A stretch of 64,000 bases of DNA. It comes from an uncultured Bacillota bacterium (GTDB lineage Bacteria; Bacillota_I; Bacilli_A; RF39; UBA660). The translations under genes were made by a program, and so were the position numbers. Where the stretch lies: the NCBI GenBank assembly GCA_902492995.1, contig CABUNR010000003.1, forward strand, positions 3,482-67,481, in the 5' to 3' direction. The notes under the pieces were generated by a model. It saw only the letters and a list, made by a program, of their open reading frames with translations. It was not told the origin of the DNA and searched no databases. Of this stretch, positions 25,868-36,296 are shown in pieces; the first letter of the stretch is position 1; the number at the start of each line of letters is the position of its first letter.

Positions 25868-27892
25868 TTGCAACTATTTTTATTATTTTATGGTTATATT
25901 TTTACATATTTTTCTAATAATAATTATAGTGAGGTGATTAATATTAAGAAATTTCTAAAAAAAGTTTTTAAAATTTTAGTTATATTAGTCATTCTTTTTA
26001 TATTATTTTACATTGGTCTTTATATATACGCTAAAATCTCTCCTAAACTCGCTATAAATTCAGCGAATGGTTATTATTTGTATGATAAAGATAAAAATTT
26101 ATTCACAGGTAATAATGATGAATGGATTAATTTAGATAATATATCAGATGATTTAATTAATGCAACACTTTCTATCGAAGATAAAAATTTTTATAAACAT
26201 ATGGGATTTGATTATTTAAGAATTATGAAAGCTATGGCCACTAATATTGTAAATAAAAAAAATATACAAGGTGCTTCAACTATTACACAACAATATGCAA
26301 AAAATTTATTTTTAAATTTTGATAAAAAATGGTCTAGAAAAATAGAAGAAGCATGGCTTACTATAAGACTTGAAGTTCATTATAGTAAAGATGAAATATT
26401 AGAAGGATATTTAAACACTATAAATTATGGTGGAGTATATGGTATTGAAAATGCTAGTAAATATTATTTTAATAAATCTAGCAAAGATTTAAATTTAGCA
26501 GAAGCATCTATGTTAGCAGGTATTCCAAAATCTCCTTCTAATTATTCTCCTACCATTAATCCTAAGAAAGCAAAAAAAAGGCAAAAATTAATATTAAATA
26601 CCATGGTTGATAGAAACTATATTACAAAAGATGAAGCTATAAAAGCATATAATACAGATTTAGAATATTTAGGAATTAAAGATGAAAATAATTCATCTAC
26701 ATTGATGTATTATCAAGATGCTGTTTTAAATGAACTTAAAAGTATTAAAGAAATTCCATCATCCTTTTTAAAAACTGGTGGTCTTAAAATATATACAAAC
26801 CTTGATTTAAAAGCTCAAAATTTAATTGATTCTACAATTAAAAAAAATATGAATGATACTTCTCTTGAAACAGCTATTGTTGTTATGCATCCTAAAACTG
26901 GTGAAATAATAGGTATTGCTGGTGGTAAAAATTATAATAAAAGTCAGTTTAACCGTGTTACAGATTCTAAAAGACAGGTAGGTTCTACTATGAAACCACT
27001 TCTATATTATAGTGCTTTAGAGAATGGTTTTACATCAACAACAACTTTTACAAGTGAAAAAACAACTTTTACATTTTCTAATAATAAAACTTATAGTCCT
27101 AAAAATTATAATGATATTTATGCTAATAAGCCAATTACTTTAGCATCTGCAATTTCTTATTCGGATAATATTTTTGCTGTTAAAACTCATTTGTTTTTAG
27201 GAGAAGATACTTTAGTTGATTTTGCTAAAAGAGTTGGTATCAAATCTAAATTAGATGCAATTCCGTCACTTGCTTTAGGAACGGAAGAAGTAAATATTTT
27301 AGAAATGATGGAAGCTTATTCTACATTTGCAAGCGAAGGTTACAAAATTAAGCCACATTTTATCAATAAAGTTGAAGATATGAATGGAAATGTTCTTTAT
27401 AAATATAAAGATAATAAAGAATTAATTTTAAATAAAAATACTACTTATATATTGAATGAATTATTAGCTAATTGTTATAATAAAAATTTAATTGATTATA
27501 ATTACCCTACTTGTATGAGTATTGCACCTAAAATAACTAAAAAATATGCTATTAAAACAGGGACAACTGATACTGATCATTTGATATTTGGTTATAATCC
27601 AGATTTACTTATTGGTGGTTGGATAGGATATGATAATAATAATTATACTAGTGGTAAAGATGGAACTATCTTAAAAAATATGTGGGTAGAAATTATGGAA
27701 GGTTATTTAGAAGGAAAGAATGAATCTTGGTATCAAAAGCCTAATAATATAGTCGGTGTTTTAGTTAATCCAATTACTGGGGAAATAGCTGATAAAAATA
27801 CTAAAAATGCTACTATTATGTATTATATTAAAGGTACTGAACCTAATGCTAGTGACATTGAAAATACTATTCCTACTATTAAAGAACAATAA
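25868..27892 (+). CDS. class A penicillin-binding protein (transglycosylase plus transpeptidase)
   Basis: GT51 motifs EDKNFYKHMGFD and GASTITQQ. Transpeptidase motifs STMKP, SDN and KTGTT. The start is uncertain: the TTG at 25868 lacks an RBS, and an in-frame GTG at 25934 is possible. Confidence 0.85.
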   Translation: MQLFLLFYGYIFTYFSNNNYSEVINIKKFLKKVFKILVILVILFILFYIGLYIYAKISPKLAINSANGYYLYDKDKNLFTGNNDEWINLDNISDDLINATLSIEDKNFYKHMGFDYLRIMKAMATNIVNKKNIQGASTITQQYAKNLFLNFDKKWSRKIEEAWLTIRLEVHYSKDEILEGYLNTINYGGVYGIENASKYYFNKSSKDLNLAEASMLAGIPKSPSNYSPTINPKKAKKRQKLILNTMVDRNYITKDEAIKAYNTDLEYLGIKDENNSSTLMYYQDAVLNELKSIKEIPSSFLKTGGLKIYTNLDLKAQNLIDSTIKKNMNDTSLETAIVVMHPKTGEIIGIAGGKNYNKSQFNRVTDSKRQVGSTMKPLLYYSALENGFTSTTTFTSEKTTFTFSNNKTYSPKNYNDIYANKPITLASAISYSDNIFAVKTHLFLGEDTLVDFAKRVGIKSKLDAIPSLALGTEEVNILEMMEAYSTFASEGYKIKPHFINKVEDMNGNVLYKYKDNKELILNKNTTYILNELLANCYNKNLIDYNYPTCMSIAPKITKKYAIKTGTTDTDHLIFGYNPDLLIGGWIGYDNNNYTSGKDGTILKNMWVEIMEGYLEGKNESWYQKPNNIVGVLVNPITGEIADKNTKNATIMYYIKGTEPNASDIENTIPTIKEQ

Positions 27893-27928
27893 AAAAATAC
27901 TAATTAGTATTTTTTTATTAGTATTTTT

Positions 27929-30235
27929 TTATTTTACTTTTTCTTTTAATGTTTTTATATCTATATTATAATTATCTTCTAATAATTCATCTATAATTAT
28001 ATTTTCAATATTATTCTTTATTATTTTGTCTAATTTTCTAGCGCCATATTCATTATAATTTGATAACTTAATTATTTCATCTATAACATTATTATTTATT
28101 TTTATTTTAGCATCTTTATATTTATATTTTAATTTATTTAATTTTTCATTTATTAAATTTTTAATATTTTCTTCATTTAAATAATTAAATTCAATTATAT
28201 TATCTATTCTATTAATAAATGATACATCAAAATATTCTTTTAATTTCGATATAGTATAATTAGTATTTTTATTAAAACCAACGTGTATATCATTAAATCC
28301 TATATTAGATGTCATTATAATTGTTACATTATCAAATCTTACTTGTTTTCCACAGGAATCTTTTATTTTTCCTTCATCTAAAATTTGATAAAATAAATTT
28401 ATTATAGCTGGATTTGCTTTTTCTATTTCATCTAATATTAAAACAGAATATGGTTTATTTCTTATTTCCTCTAAAATATTTTTATTGTCACTATAACCTA
28501 CATACCCTGGAGGAGAACCTATTATTTTACTTACACTATGTGATTCAGAATATTCACTCATATCTAGTCTTATAACATTATTCACGCCTACCAAACATTC
28601 CCCAAATAATTTTGATAATTCTGTTTTCCCAACTCCTGATGGTCCTACAAATAAAAATGAATAACATTTATTTTTATCTTTAAATCCCATTTTTAATTTT
28701 TTTGTATTTTTTATAAGTTCTTTTATTGATTCATCTTGACCAATTATATTATTTTTTAAAGTTTGTTCTATTTTTTTTATTTCTTTTTTATTTTCATTTA
28801 ATAATTCATAAACAGGTATTTTTGTTTTAATATTTATAACTTCTGCTACATCTTTTTTTGTTACTTCTTTTTTCTTTTTGTTATATAATTTTAATTCTAT
28901 ATTATTTATTTCATTTATTATTTCATTTTCTTTTTCTTTGTATTTACTTGCTTCTTTAAATTTACTATTTATAATAGATTCTTTTTTCTTTGAATTTATA
29001 ATTTTATATTCTAACTTTAATTCATTATATTTTTTAGCTTCTTTTGTTTCTTTTAAGCTTACTTTAGCGCATACTTCATCTAATACATCTATTGATTTAT
29101 CTGGTTCATATCTATCATATATATATTTATTTGAAAGTTCTATTATTGTATCTATTACTTCATCTTTTATTTCAACCATATGATATTTTTCATATATTTT
29201 TTTTATTTTTGTTAAAATTTCCTTTGTTTTTTCTTTATCAGGAATTTCTATTTCTACACGTTGAAATCTTCTTTCTAGTGCTTTATCTTGTTCTATATAT
29301 TTTTTATATTCTGATATAGTTGTTGCTCCTATACATCTTAATTTTCCACGTGCTAGTGCTGGTTTTATAATGTTTGATGCATCTATAGCGCCTTCTGCTC
29401 CACCAGCTCCTACTAATGTATGTATTTCATCTATAAATAAAATTATATCATCATTTTCTTCTACTTCTTTTATTATTTTGTTCATTCTTTCTTCAAATTC
29501 ACCACGATATTTTGTGCCTGCTACTAAACTTGCCATATCTAAGTTTATTATTCTTTTATTTTTTAGGGACATAGGAACATTACCTTCTATTATCATTCTA
29601 CTTAATTCTTCTACTATAGCTGTTTTTCCAACTCCAGCTTCACCAATTAAAATAGGATTATTTTTACATCTTCTTGATAATATTTCAAGAATTCTTTTTA
29701 TTTCTTCTTTTCTTCCAATTACAGGATCTAATTCATTATTAAGTGCTTTTTTATTTAAATTTATTCCTATTTCTTCTACTAAGAGTTTTTTATTTTTTTT
29801 CCTTTTATTTGTTTTGGTAATTGTATTTGAAAATTCTTTATATAAATCATCTATATCTATATTCATTCCAATTAATAACCTTATTGCAACTCCTTCTCCT
29901 TCTTCTAAAAGTGAATTAAATAACATTTCTATAGTAACGTCACTATTATTTTCTTTACTATCTATAATAGCATTTTCAAATATTCTCTTTAGAAGTGGTG
30001 TATATAAAAACCATTCACTTTCTTTAGTTCCTATTCCTACTATATTTATTAATTCATTTTTAAATTTTTTATAATCTAAATTATATTTTTTTAGGGCATC
30101 ACTTATACTATTATCATCTTTTAATATTGCAAGCAATAGATGTTCACTTCCAACATATGGATGCTTTAATTTTTTCATTTCTTGTTTTGCTAAAACAATT
30201 ATATTTCTTGCTTCTTCAGTGAAATTACTAAACAT
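27929..30235 (-). CDS. clpC: ATP-dependent Clp protease ATP-binding subunit, ClpC type
   Basis: Clp_N repeats at the N-terminus (ARNIIVLAKQEMKKLKHPYVGSEHLLLAIL) and two AAA+ modules (GEAGVGKTAIVE; GPSGVGKTELSK). Confidence 0.8.
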   Translation of the reverse strand: MFSNFTEEARNIIVLAKQEMKKLKHPYVGSEHLLLAILKDDNSISDALKKYNLDYKKFKNELINIVGIGTKESEWFLYTPLLKRIFENAIIDSKENNSDVTIEMLFNSLLEEGEGVAIRLLIGMNIDIDDLYKEFSNTITKTNKRKKNKKLLVEEIGINLNKKALNNELDPVIGRKEEIKRILEILSRRCKNNPILIGEAGVGKTAIVEELSRMIIEGNVPMSLKNKRIINLDMASLVAGTKYRGEFEERMNKIIKEVEENDDIILFIDEIHTLVGAGGAEGAIDASNIIKPALARGKLRCIGATTISEYKKYIEQDKALERRFQRVEIEIPDKEKTKEILTKIKKIYEKYHMVEIKDEVIDTIIELSNKYIYDRYEPDKSIDVLDEVCAKVSLKETKEAKKYNELKLEYKIINSKKKESIINSKFKEASKYKEKENEIINEINNIELKLYNKKKKEVTKKDVAEVINIKTKIPVYELLNENKKEIKKIEQTLKNNIIGQDESIKELIKNTKKLKMGFKDKNKCYSFLFVGPSGVGKTELSKLFGECLVGVNNVIRLDMSEYSESHSVSKIIGSPPGYVGYSDNKNILEEIRNKPYSVLILDEIEKANPAIINLFYQILDEGKIKDSCGKQVRFDNVTIIMTSNIGFNDIHVGFNKNTNYTISKLKEYFDVSFINRIDNIIEFNYLNEENIKNLINEKLNKLKYKYKDAKIKINNNVIDEIIKLSNYNEYGARKLDKIIKNNIENIIIDELLEDNYNIDIKTLKEKVK

Positions 30236-30313
30236 AATATCTTCCTTTCCATTACATTCTATGTATATAATGTTTAAAAAGAAGATTTTTTAATCAACAA
30301 AAAAAAAGATTTT

Positions 30314-31468
30314 TTACTTTTTTCTAAAATCTTTTAATTCATTTGAATATCTTGGTCTTTTTATTTTTCTTAAGGCTTTTGATTCTATCTGTCTTATTCT
30401 TTCTCTAGTCAGTCCATACATTTTTCCTATTTCTTCTAATGTATATATTCTACCATCTATAAAACCAAATCTATATTTAATTATTGCTCGTTCTCTTTCT
30501 GTTAATTTTTCTAATAGTTTTTCTACTTTTTCTCTTAATTCATTGTTTATAATTGTATCCGATACTTCCTCTTCTTCTTTTACTATAAAATCCATTACAG
30601 TTGTTACTACACCATGTTCTTCTTCCCCTACTGGTTGATCTAAACTAATAATTTTTCTATCGTAATATTTGCATTTTTTTATTGCATCACGTGATAATTT
30701 AGTTAATTTCATTAATTCTTCTGTTGTTGGATTACAATTATGTATTTTATAAAATTCAGATTGTTTTCTATTTAATAAATTAATTTTTTCTACCATATGC
30801 ATAGGAATTCTTATTGTTGCAGATTGATTTCCTAAGATTCTAGTTGCAGATTGTCTAATCCACCATGTTGCATATGTTGAGAATTTATATCCCATTGAAA
30901 CATCAAATTTTTCAACAGCTGTTATAAGTCCTATATTTCCTTCTTGAATTAAATCTTGAAATGATACTCCCCTACCAACATAGCGTTTTACAATACTAAC
31001 TACTAGTCTTAAATTAGAGTTTATTAATTTTTCTTTTATTTTCTCATCTTTTGTTTTTTGATATTCTTCAAATAAAGTTTTTTCTTCTTCCATAGTTAAT
31101 AAAGGATAACTACCAGCTTCTTTTAAATATACTTTAACGTCATCTAAATCTATATCTTTATCATCAATTGTTTTTTCTTCTTCATCTATATTTTCTTCTA
31201 ATTTGTTATAATCAAGTACTACATAATCATTAATTTCTAAATATGAATTAATAATATTTAAAACTTTTTCATCTGTTATATTTTCTATAACATTAGCTTC
31301 AATAACTTTATCTTTTTCATATTCTTTAAATATTTCATTTAGAATTGTGTTTATTTTTTTACTTTTAATTAATATATTTTTATATTCTTCTTTAGTTAAA
31401 TCATTTAATGGTAATGTATTTAATGTTTCAATTAATATTGATAATTTTTCTTTGTTTAATGGTTTCAT
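30314..31468 (-). CDS. sigA: primary RNA polymerase sigma factor (sigma-70 / SigA)
   Basis: Region 2 is [18 protein letters not shown]...[11 protein letters not shown]. Region 3 contains IRIPMHM. Region 4 is [27 protein letters not shown]. Confidence 0.9.
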   Translation of the reverse strand: MKPLNKEKLSILIETLNTLPLNDLTKEEYKNILIKSKKINTILNEIFKEYEKDKVIEANVIENITDEKVLNIINSYLEINDYVVLDYNKLEENIDEEEKTIDDKDIDLDDVKVYLKEAGSYPLLTMEEEKTLFEEYQKTKDEKIKEKLINSNLRLVVSIVKRYVGRGVSFQDLIQEGNIGLITAVEKFDVSMGYKFSTYATWWIRQSATRILGNQSATIRIPMHMVEKINLLNRKQSEFYKIHNCNPTTEELMKLTKLSRDAIKKCKYYDRKIISLDQPVGEEEHGVVTTVMDFIVKEEEEVSDTIINNELREKVEKLLEKLTERERAIIKYRFGFIDGRIYTLEEIGKMYGLTRERIRQIESKALRKIKRPRYSNELKDFRKK

Positions 31469-31525
31469 TAGTTTTCGCCCCCTAAATCGCTATATATAAT
31501 ACCATAAAGATTAAAAAAATGCAAA

Positions 31526-33436
31526 TTAAATTGCATAATTATCTTCAAAAGTAAAGTTAACATTTTCTTCTATCCATTCTTTTCTTGGCTCTACTTTATT
31601 ACCCATTAAAACACTTACTCTTTTTTCTGCCAATGAGGCATCTGTTATACTAACTTTTATCATACTTCTTTTTTCTGGATCCATTGTTGTTTCTCTAAGT
31701 TCTTCAGCATTCATTTCTCCAAGTCCTTTATATCTTTGTGTTTTAGTTTGTTTATTTTTGAATGTTTCTTCTATTAAAGTTCTTCTATCTTCTTCTGTCC
31801 ATGCATAATATGATTCTTTACCAGAACTTATCTTATATAAAGGTGGCATTGCTATAAAAAGTTTTCCATTTTCAATTAATGGTTTCATATATCTATAAAA
31901 GAATGTAAGTAATAATACTTGAATATGTGCACCATCAACATCAGCATCTGTCATTATAACAATTTTGTCATAGTTACAATCATCTATATTAAAATCACTA
32001 CCAATACCAGCTCCTATTGTATAAATCATTGTATTAATTTCTTCATTTTTCAAGATTTCATCTAATCTTGCTTTTTCTGTATTTAATACTTTTCCTCTAA
32101 GCGGTAATATTGCTTGAAATTTCCTATCTCTTCCTGTTTTAGCTGTTCCTCCAGCTGAATCACCTTCGACTAAAAACAATTCATTTTTTTTAGGATTTTT
32201 TGTTTGTGCTGGTGTTAATTTTCCATTTGTTATTCTTTCTCTTTTGTTTTTATCTTTTCCTTGTCTTGCTTCATCTCTTGCTTTTCTAGCAGCTTCTCTT
32301 ACATTTCTACTTTTAAGCATTTTTTCTAGTATTTTAGTTGCACTTTCTTTATTTTCTTCTAGGAAAAATTGAAGTTTTTGTGTTACTATATTATCTACTA
32401 TATTACGAGCAATTGGAGTTCCTAATTTTCCTTTTGTTTGACCTTCAAATTGAAGTAAATCTTCTGGTATTTGTAGGCTTATTATTGCAGTTAGTCCTTC
32501 TCTTGTATCAGTTCCTTCTAAATTTTTATCTTTTGTTTTTAGATAACCATTAGTTCTTGCATAATCATTAAAAACTTTTGTAATAGCTGTTTTTAATCCA
32601 ACTTCATGGGTTCCTCCATCATTTGTTTTTACATTATTTACAAATGATATTATATTTTCAGAATATGTATCTGTATATTGAAATGCTACTTCTACATTTA
32701 TTTTATCTTTCATTCCTTCAAAAAATACTGGTTTATGAAGTGGTGTTTTACCATCATTTAAGTAATTTACAAATGCTTCTAAACCATTTTCATAATAAAA
32801 TACTTCCTTTTTATTATCTTCTATATCTTCAACTTCTACGGTTAACCCTTTAAGTAAAAAAGCACATTCCTGCATCCTTTCACATACTGTTGTGAATGAA
32901 AAATGCGTTGTTTGAAATATTTTATCATCTGGCATAAATGTTACTTTTGTACCTGTTTTATTTGTTTTTTCTAGTTTTTTTAATGGTATTTTTGTTTTAC
33001 CACCATCTTCGAATCTAATATAATATTCATATCCATCTCTTTTTATATTAACTTCTAACCATTTACTTAGTGCATTTACAACACTTGCACCTACTCCGTG
33101 AAGTCCTCCAGATACTTTATATCCGCCTTCTTCAAATTTTCCTCCAGCATGTAATACTGTATAAATTACTTCAGGTGTTGACATTCCACTACTATGCATT
33201 CCAACTGGTACTCCACGACCTTCATCTTCTACTGTTACACTTCCATCTTTATTAAGACTTATTTTGATTTTTTTACCATATCCATTTATTACTTCGTCAA
33301 TTCCATTATCTACGATTTCCCAAATAAGATGATGTAATCCTCTTTTATCAGTTGATCCTATATACATACCAGGTCTTTTTCTTACCGCTTCTAGCCCCTC
33401 TAATATTTTTATTGAACTTTCATCATATTTTACCAT
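31526..33436 (-). CDS. parE: DNA topoisomerase IV subunit B
   Basis: Type IIA B-subunit motifs are present (LEGLEAVRKRPGMYIGST, EGDSAGG, IMTDADVDGAHI). ParE-like stretches distinguish it from GyrB: STDKRGLHHL, VAFQYTDTYSENIISFVNNVKTNDGGTHE, GKLTPAQTKNPKKNELFLVEGDSAGGTAKTGRDRKFQAILPLRGKVLN, and LMGNKVEPRKEWIEENV. No parC is adjacent. Confidence 0.8.
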   Translation of the reverse strand: MVKYDESSIKILEGLEAVRKRPGMYIGSTDKRGLHHLIWEIVDNGIDEVINGYGKKIKISLNKDGSVTVEDEGRGVPVGMHSSGMSTPEVIYTVLHAGGKFEEGGYKVSGGLHGVGASVVNALSKWLEVNIKRDGYEYYIRFEDGGKTKIPLKKLEKTNKTGTKVTFMPDDKIFQTTHFSFTTVCERMQECAFLLKGLTVEVEDIEDNKKEVFYYENGLEAFVNYLNDGKTPLHKPVFFEGMKDKINVEVAFQYTDTYSENIISFVNNVKTNDGGTHEVGLKTAITKVFNDYARTNGYLKTKDKNLEGTDTREGLTAIISLQIPEDLLQFEGQTKGKLGTPIARNIVDNIVTQKLQFFLEENKESATKILEKMLKSRNVREAARKARDEARQGKDKNKRERITNGKLTPAQTKNPKKNELFLVEGDSAGGTAKTGRDRKFQAILPLRGKVLNTEKARLDEILKNEEINTMIYTIGAGIGSDFNIDDCNYDKIVIMTDADVDGAHIQVLLLTFFYRYMKPLIENGKLFIAMPPLYKISSGKESYYAWTEEDRRTLIEETFKNKQTKTQRYKGLGEMNAEELRETTMDPEKRSMIKVSITDASLAEKRVSVLMGNKVEPRKEWIEENVNFTFEDNYAI

Positions 33437-33596
33437 CTTATCACCTTATTAATTATACCAAAAAAATTTTGTTTTATCAATTTTTCCTTTTATTTACAAT
33501 CTTTTTTATTAATTTTTTTAATTCATATTTATATCTAATGTTATAATTGAATCTATATTATAATAGAATATAATAAAAAAATAATCAATTTAATGA

Positions 33597-34151
33597 TTAT
33601 TTTAATGCGTCTAATAGTTCTGCTTTTTTCATTGTTGAAACTCCGCTTATTCCTTTTTCTTTTGCTATTTCACGAAGTTCTGCTACTGTACATTTAGATA
33701 GATCTTTTTCTTCTTTTTTATCTTCTTTTGTTTCTACTTTTTTAGTTTCTTTTTTAGTTTCTTTTTTTACTTCTTCTTTAACTGGTTCAACTTTACCATT
33801 TAAAGCAGCTTTTGAAACTTCTACTAATTCAGTAAATGCAGCTGGATTATCAATTGCTATTTCTGATAACATTTTACGGTTAATTGTAATACCTGCTTTT
33901 GATAAACCATTTATAAATTTTGAATAACTAATATCATTTTGTCTACATGCTGCATTAATTCTTGTTATCCATAATTTTCTAAAATCTCTTTTCTTTTGTC
34001 TTCTATCTCTATATGCATATTTTAATGAATGCATAACTTGTTCTTTAGCAGTTCTATATAATCTATGTTTTGATCCAAAGTAACCTTTAGCTCTTTTCAT
34101 TATTTTTTTGCGACGTGCACGATGAATTGTTCCACCTTTAACTCTTGCCAT
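33597..34151 (-). CDS. rplT: 50S ribosomal protein L20 with a C-terminal extension of about 65 aa (K/E-rich linker plus a Rho_N/SAP-like helix-extended-helix motif)
   Basis: The first ~118 aa form a canonical bL20 core ([26 protein letters not shown]...). The extra tail is [56 protein letters not shown]. Confidence 0.9.
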   Translation of the reverse strand: MARVKGGTIHRARRKKIMKRAKGYFGSKHRLYRTAKEQVMHSLKYAYRDRRQKKRDFRKLWITRINAACRQNDISYSKFINGLSKAGITINRKMLSEIAIDNPAAFTELVEVSKAALNGKVEPVKEEVKKETKKETKKVETKEDKKEEKDLSKCTVAELREIAKEKGISGVSTMKKAELLDALK

Positions 34152-34164
34152 ATTATTCCTCCTA

Positions 34165-34350
34165 CTATATTAAATCTTTAACTCTTTTGTAATCTGTTTT
34201 ACTTAATTTAGATCCGCTTCTACTTTTTCTGTTTGAAGCAGCGTTCTTTTTACCAGTATTATGTCTACTACCTGGTGTTCCTATTTTATAGTCATTTTTT
34301 CTTTCTTTAAAAACTTTTGACATACCTTTGTGTGTTTTTTGTTTTGGCAT
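34165..34350 (-). CDS. rpmI: 50S ribosomal protein L35
   Basis: [15 protein letters not shown]... Small and very basic. It sits between infC and rplT. Confidence 0.85.
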   Translation of the reverse strand: MPKQKTHKGMSKVFKERKNDYKIGTPGSRHNTGKKNAASNRKSRSGSKLSKTDYKRVKDLI

Positions 34351-34360
34351 ATTATTCCTC

Positions 34361-34906
34361 CTACTTATCTTTATTTGGTATTAGCATCATTGTCATAAAA
34401 CGACCTTCTAATTTTGGTTGTCCATCCATTTCTGCAATGTTTTCTACTTCTTTTGCAAATTTAAGAAGCACTTCACGCCCTAACTCTGGATGAGCCATTT
34501 CTCTACCTTTAAATCTTATAGATACTTTAATTTTATGACCTTTTTCTAAATATTTAGATGAATTGCGTACTCTTGTATCAAAATCATGCTTATCAATTGT
34601 AACAGATAATCTATATTCCTTTACTTCCAAATTAGATTCTCTTTGTTTTTTCATATTTTCTTTTTGTTTTTTCTTTGATTCATATTTATATTTATTATAA
34701 TCCATTATTTTGCAAACTTGTGGTTTTGCATTTGGACTAATCAATACTAAATCAAATCCTGCATAATTTGCTAATGTTAATGCATCTTTAATATTTTTAA
34801 TTCCAAGTTGTTCTCCATTTGGACCAATTACCATTACTTCTTTTGCACGAATTTGTTCATTAATATACAAATCCTTATCTTTATTTGCGATACCCCACAC
34901 CTCCAT
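34361..34906 (-). CDS. infC: translation initiation factor IF-3 (true start probably a non-AUG codon a few codons in)
   Basis: INEQIRAKEVMVIGPNGEQLGI..., YKYESKKKQKE and EYRLSVTIDKHDFDTRV are present. The track ATG overlaps GGAGGTG, and an ATC at 34889-34891 sits 8 nt after it. Confidence 0.9.
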   Translation of the reverse strand: MEVWGIANKDKDLYINEQIRAKEVMVIGPNGEQLGIKNIKDALTLANYAGFDLVLISPNAKPQVCKIMDYNKYKYESKKKQKENMKKQRESNLEVKEYRLSVTIDKHDFDTRVRNSSKYLEKGHKIKVSIRFKGREMAHPELGREVLLKFAKEVENIAEMDGQPKLEGRFMTMMLIPNKDK

Positions 34907-35034
34907 AAAAAAATGAATACAGAGAATGTATCCATATTAAAAGCAAATTAATATAATTAATGGCTTTTACCCAAAACTTTTCGTAATCGGGTGGATGTGG
35001 ATACATCTCTTTCCTTTTTTTTCATTTCTTATTC
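34907..35034 (-). promoter_or_regulatory. candidate L20-responsive leader of the infC-rpmI-rplT operon
   Basis: A long-range helix pairs agagatgtatcca with tggatacattctct and encloses two small hairpins. It is followed by gtattcattttttt just 5' of the RBS. B. subtilis uses an L20-binding leader at this position. Confidence 0.4.
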
Positions 35035-35063
35035 ATTATACACATTAATTATATGATTGTCAA
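35035..35063 (-). promoter_or_regulatory. consensus sigma-A promoter for the infC operon (TTGACA, 17-nt spacer, TATAAT)
   Basis: The minus strand reads TTGACAatcatataattaatgtgTATAAT, with both hexamers perfect. Confidence 0.65.
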
Positions 35064-35069
35064 TATATT

Positions 35070-36296
35070 TTATTCGTTTTCTAGATTTTCTATAGCTTTT
35101 ATTAATCCTATTTTACCATATTCATATGTTAAACTTCCTTGTAAATATGCAATATACGGTTCTCTTATTGGTCCATCACATGAAAGTTCAATAGATGATC
35201 CTTGTGTAAATGATCCTGATGCCATAATTATCTTATCATCATATCCTGGCATATCACTTGCTACTGGAAGTACATGAGCATCTATGGCAGATCCCTTTTG
35301 TATTCCTTGAACAAATTTAATCAATTTATCTTTATCATTAAATGTTATCATTTCTACTATATCAGCTCTATGGTCATTTGCTTTTGGTTCTACAATATAA
35401 CCTAAATCCTCTAACACTTGACTTGCTAATACAACTGTTTTTAAACTATTTTTTACAGTACTTGGTGCCATATATATTCCTTGTAAAAAGTTTTTATTAA
35501 TACCTAATGTTGGTCCTACATCTCTTCCTTCTCCTGGAAGGGTTAATCTTTCACCTGCAAGTTTTATTAAATCTTTTCTTCCGACTATATATGCTCCATT
35601 AGGTGCTATTCCTCCACCTAAATTTTTTATAAGTGATCCTACTACTATATCCGCTCCTACTTCTATTGGTTCTTTTGTACTAACAAATTCACAATAACAA
35701 TTGTCTACCATTATTATTACTTCTTTATCAACTTCTCTGATTTTTTTTATTACTATTTCTAATTCTTCTATTGTTATACTTTTTCTAGTTGAGTATCCTC
35801 TAGATCTTTGTATTTCTATTACTTTTACTTTATTTTCTTTTAAATATTTTTGGATTTTTTCGACATCAAACTTATTATTTTTTAAATCAATTTCATCGTA
35901 TTTTATGTTATATGATGCAAGTGAACTTTCATTTTCTTTTATTCCTATTACTTCATCTAATGTATCATATGGTTTTCCTGTTATACTTAGTAATAAATCA
36001 TTAGGTCTTAATAGTGCAAATAAAGTTACAGTTAAAGCATGTGAACCTGATACTAATTGATTTCTAACTAAGGCATCTTCTGATTTAAATATATCTTTAT
36101 ACACATTTTCTATAGCTTCTCTTCCTATGTCACCATATCCATATCCTGTTGTCGAATTAAAATGGATTTCAGATATTTCATTTTTATGAAATGCATTTAG
36201 TACTTTTAAACTATTTAATTCACATATTTTGTCTAATTCTTTAAATTTTGTTTCTAATTTTTTTTCTGCTTGATCTAATAAATTTAAAATATCCAT
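35070..36296 (-). CDS. aluminium-resistance / YnbB family PLP-dependent (methionine gamma-lyase-like) protein
   Basis: VLNAFHKNEISEIHFNSTTGYGYGDIGREAIENVY...ALVRNQLVSGSHAL is characteristic of PF06838-type proteins. Confidence 0.7.
   Translation of the reverse strand: MDILNLLDQAEKKLETKFKELDKICELNSLKVLNAFHKNEISEIHFNSTTGYGYGDIGREAIENVYKDIFKSEDALVRNQLVSGSHALTVTLFALLRPNDLLLSITGKPYDTLDEVIGIKENESSLASYNIKYDEIDLKNNKFDVEKIQKYLKENKVKVIEIQRSRGYSTRKSITIEELEIVIKKIREVDKEVIIMVDNCYCEFVSTKEPIEVGADIVVGSLIKNLGGGIAPNGAYIVGRKDLIKLAGERLTLPGEGRDVGPTLGINKNFLQGIYMAPSTVKNSLKTVVLASQVLEDLGYIVEPKANDHRADIVEMITFNDKDKLIKFVQGIQKGSAIDAHVLPVASDMPGYDDKIIMASGSFTQGSSIELSCDGPIREPYIAYLQGSLTYEYGKIGLIKAIENLENE

Noticed and set aside
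25823-25933. N-terminal extensions of the DUF1934 ORF (MQLSIIYIIIMQKWRNN) and the PBP1A ORF (MQLFLLFYGYIF...) that overlap each other divergently
   Set aside because: Neither extension has an RBS, and both are hydrophobic junk preceding the conserved N-termini. A shorter start was adopted for DUF1934. The PBP1A start is left flagged as uncertain.
28878-30074. Track ORFs 28878-29183, 29092-29319 and 29370-30074 (+), the last one 234 aa
   Set aside because: They lie antisense to clpC. The 234-aa frame is Ser/Phe/Ile/Leu rich, mirrors the K/E/N-rich ClpC codons, and has no independent signals.
32338-33546. Track ORFs 32338-32553, 32623-32853, 33070-33255 and 33352-33546 (+)
   Set aside because: They lie antisense to parE and are Leu/Phe/Tyr low-complexity shadows.
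35053-36060. Track ORFs 35053-35277 and 35701-36060 (+)
   Set aside because: They lie antisense to the YnbB-family gene, which has clear family motifs.
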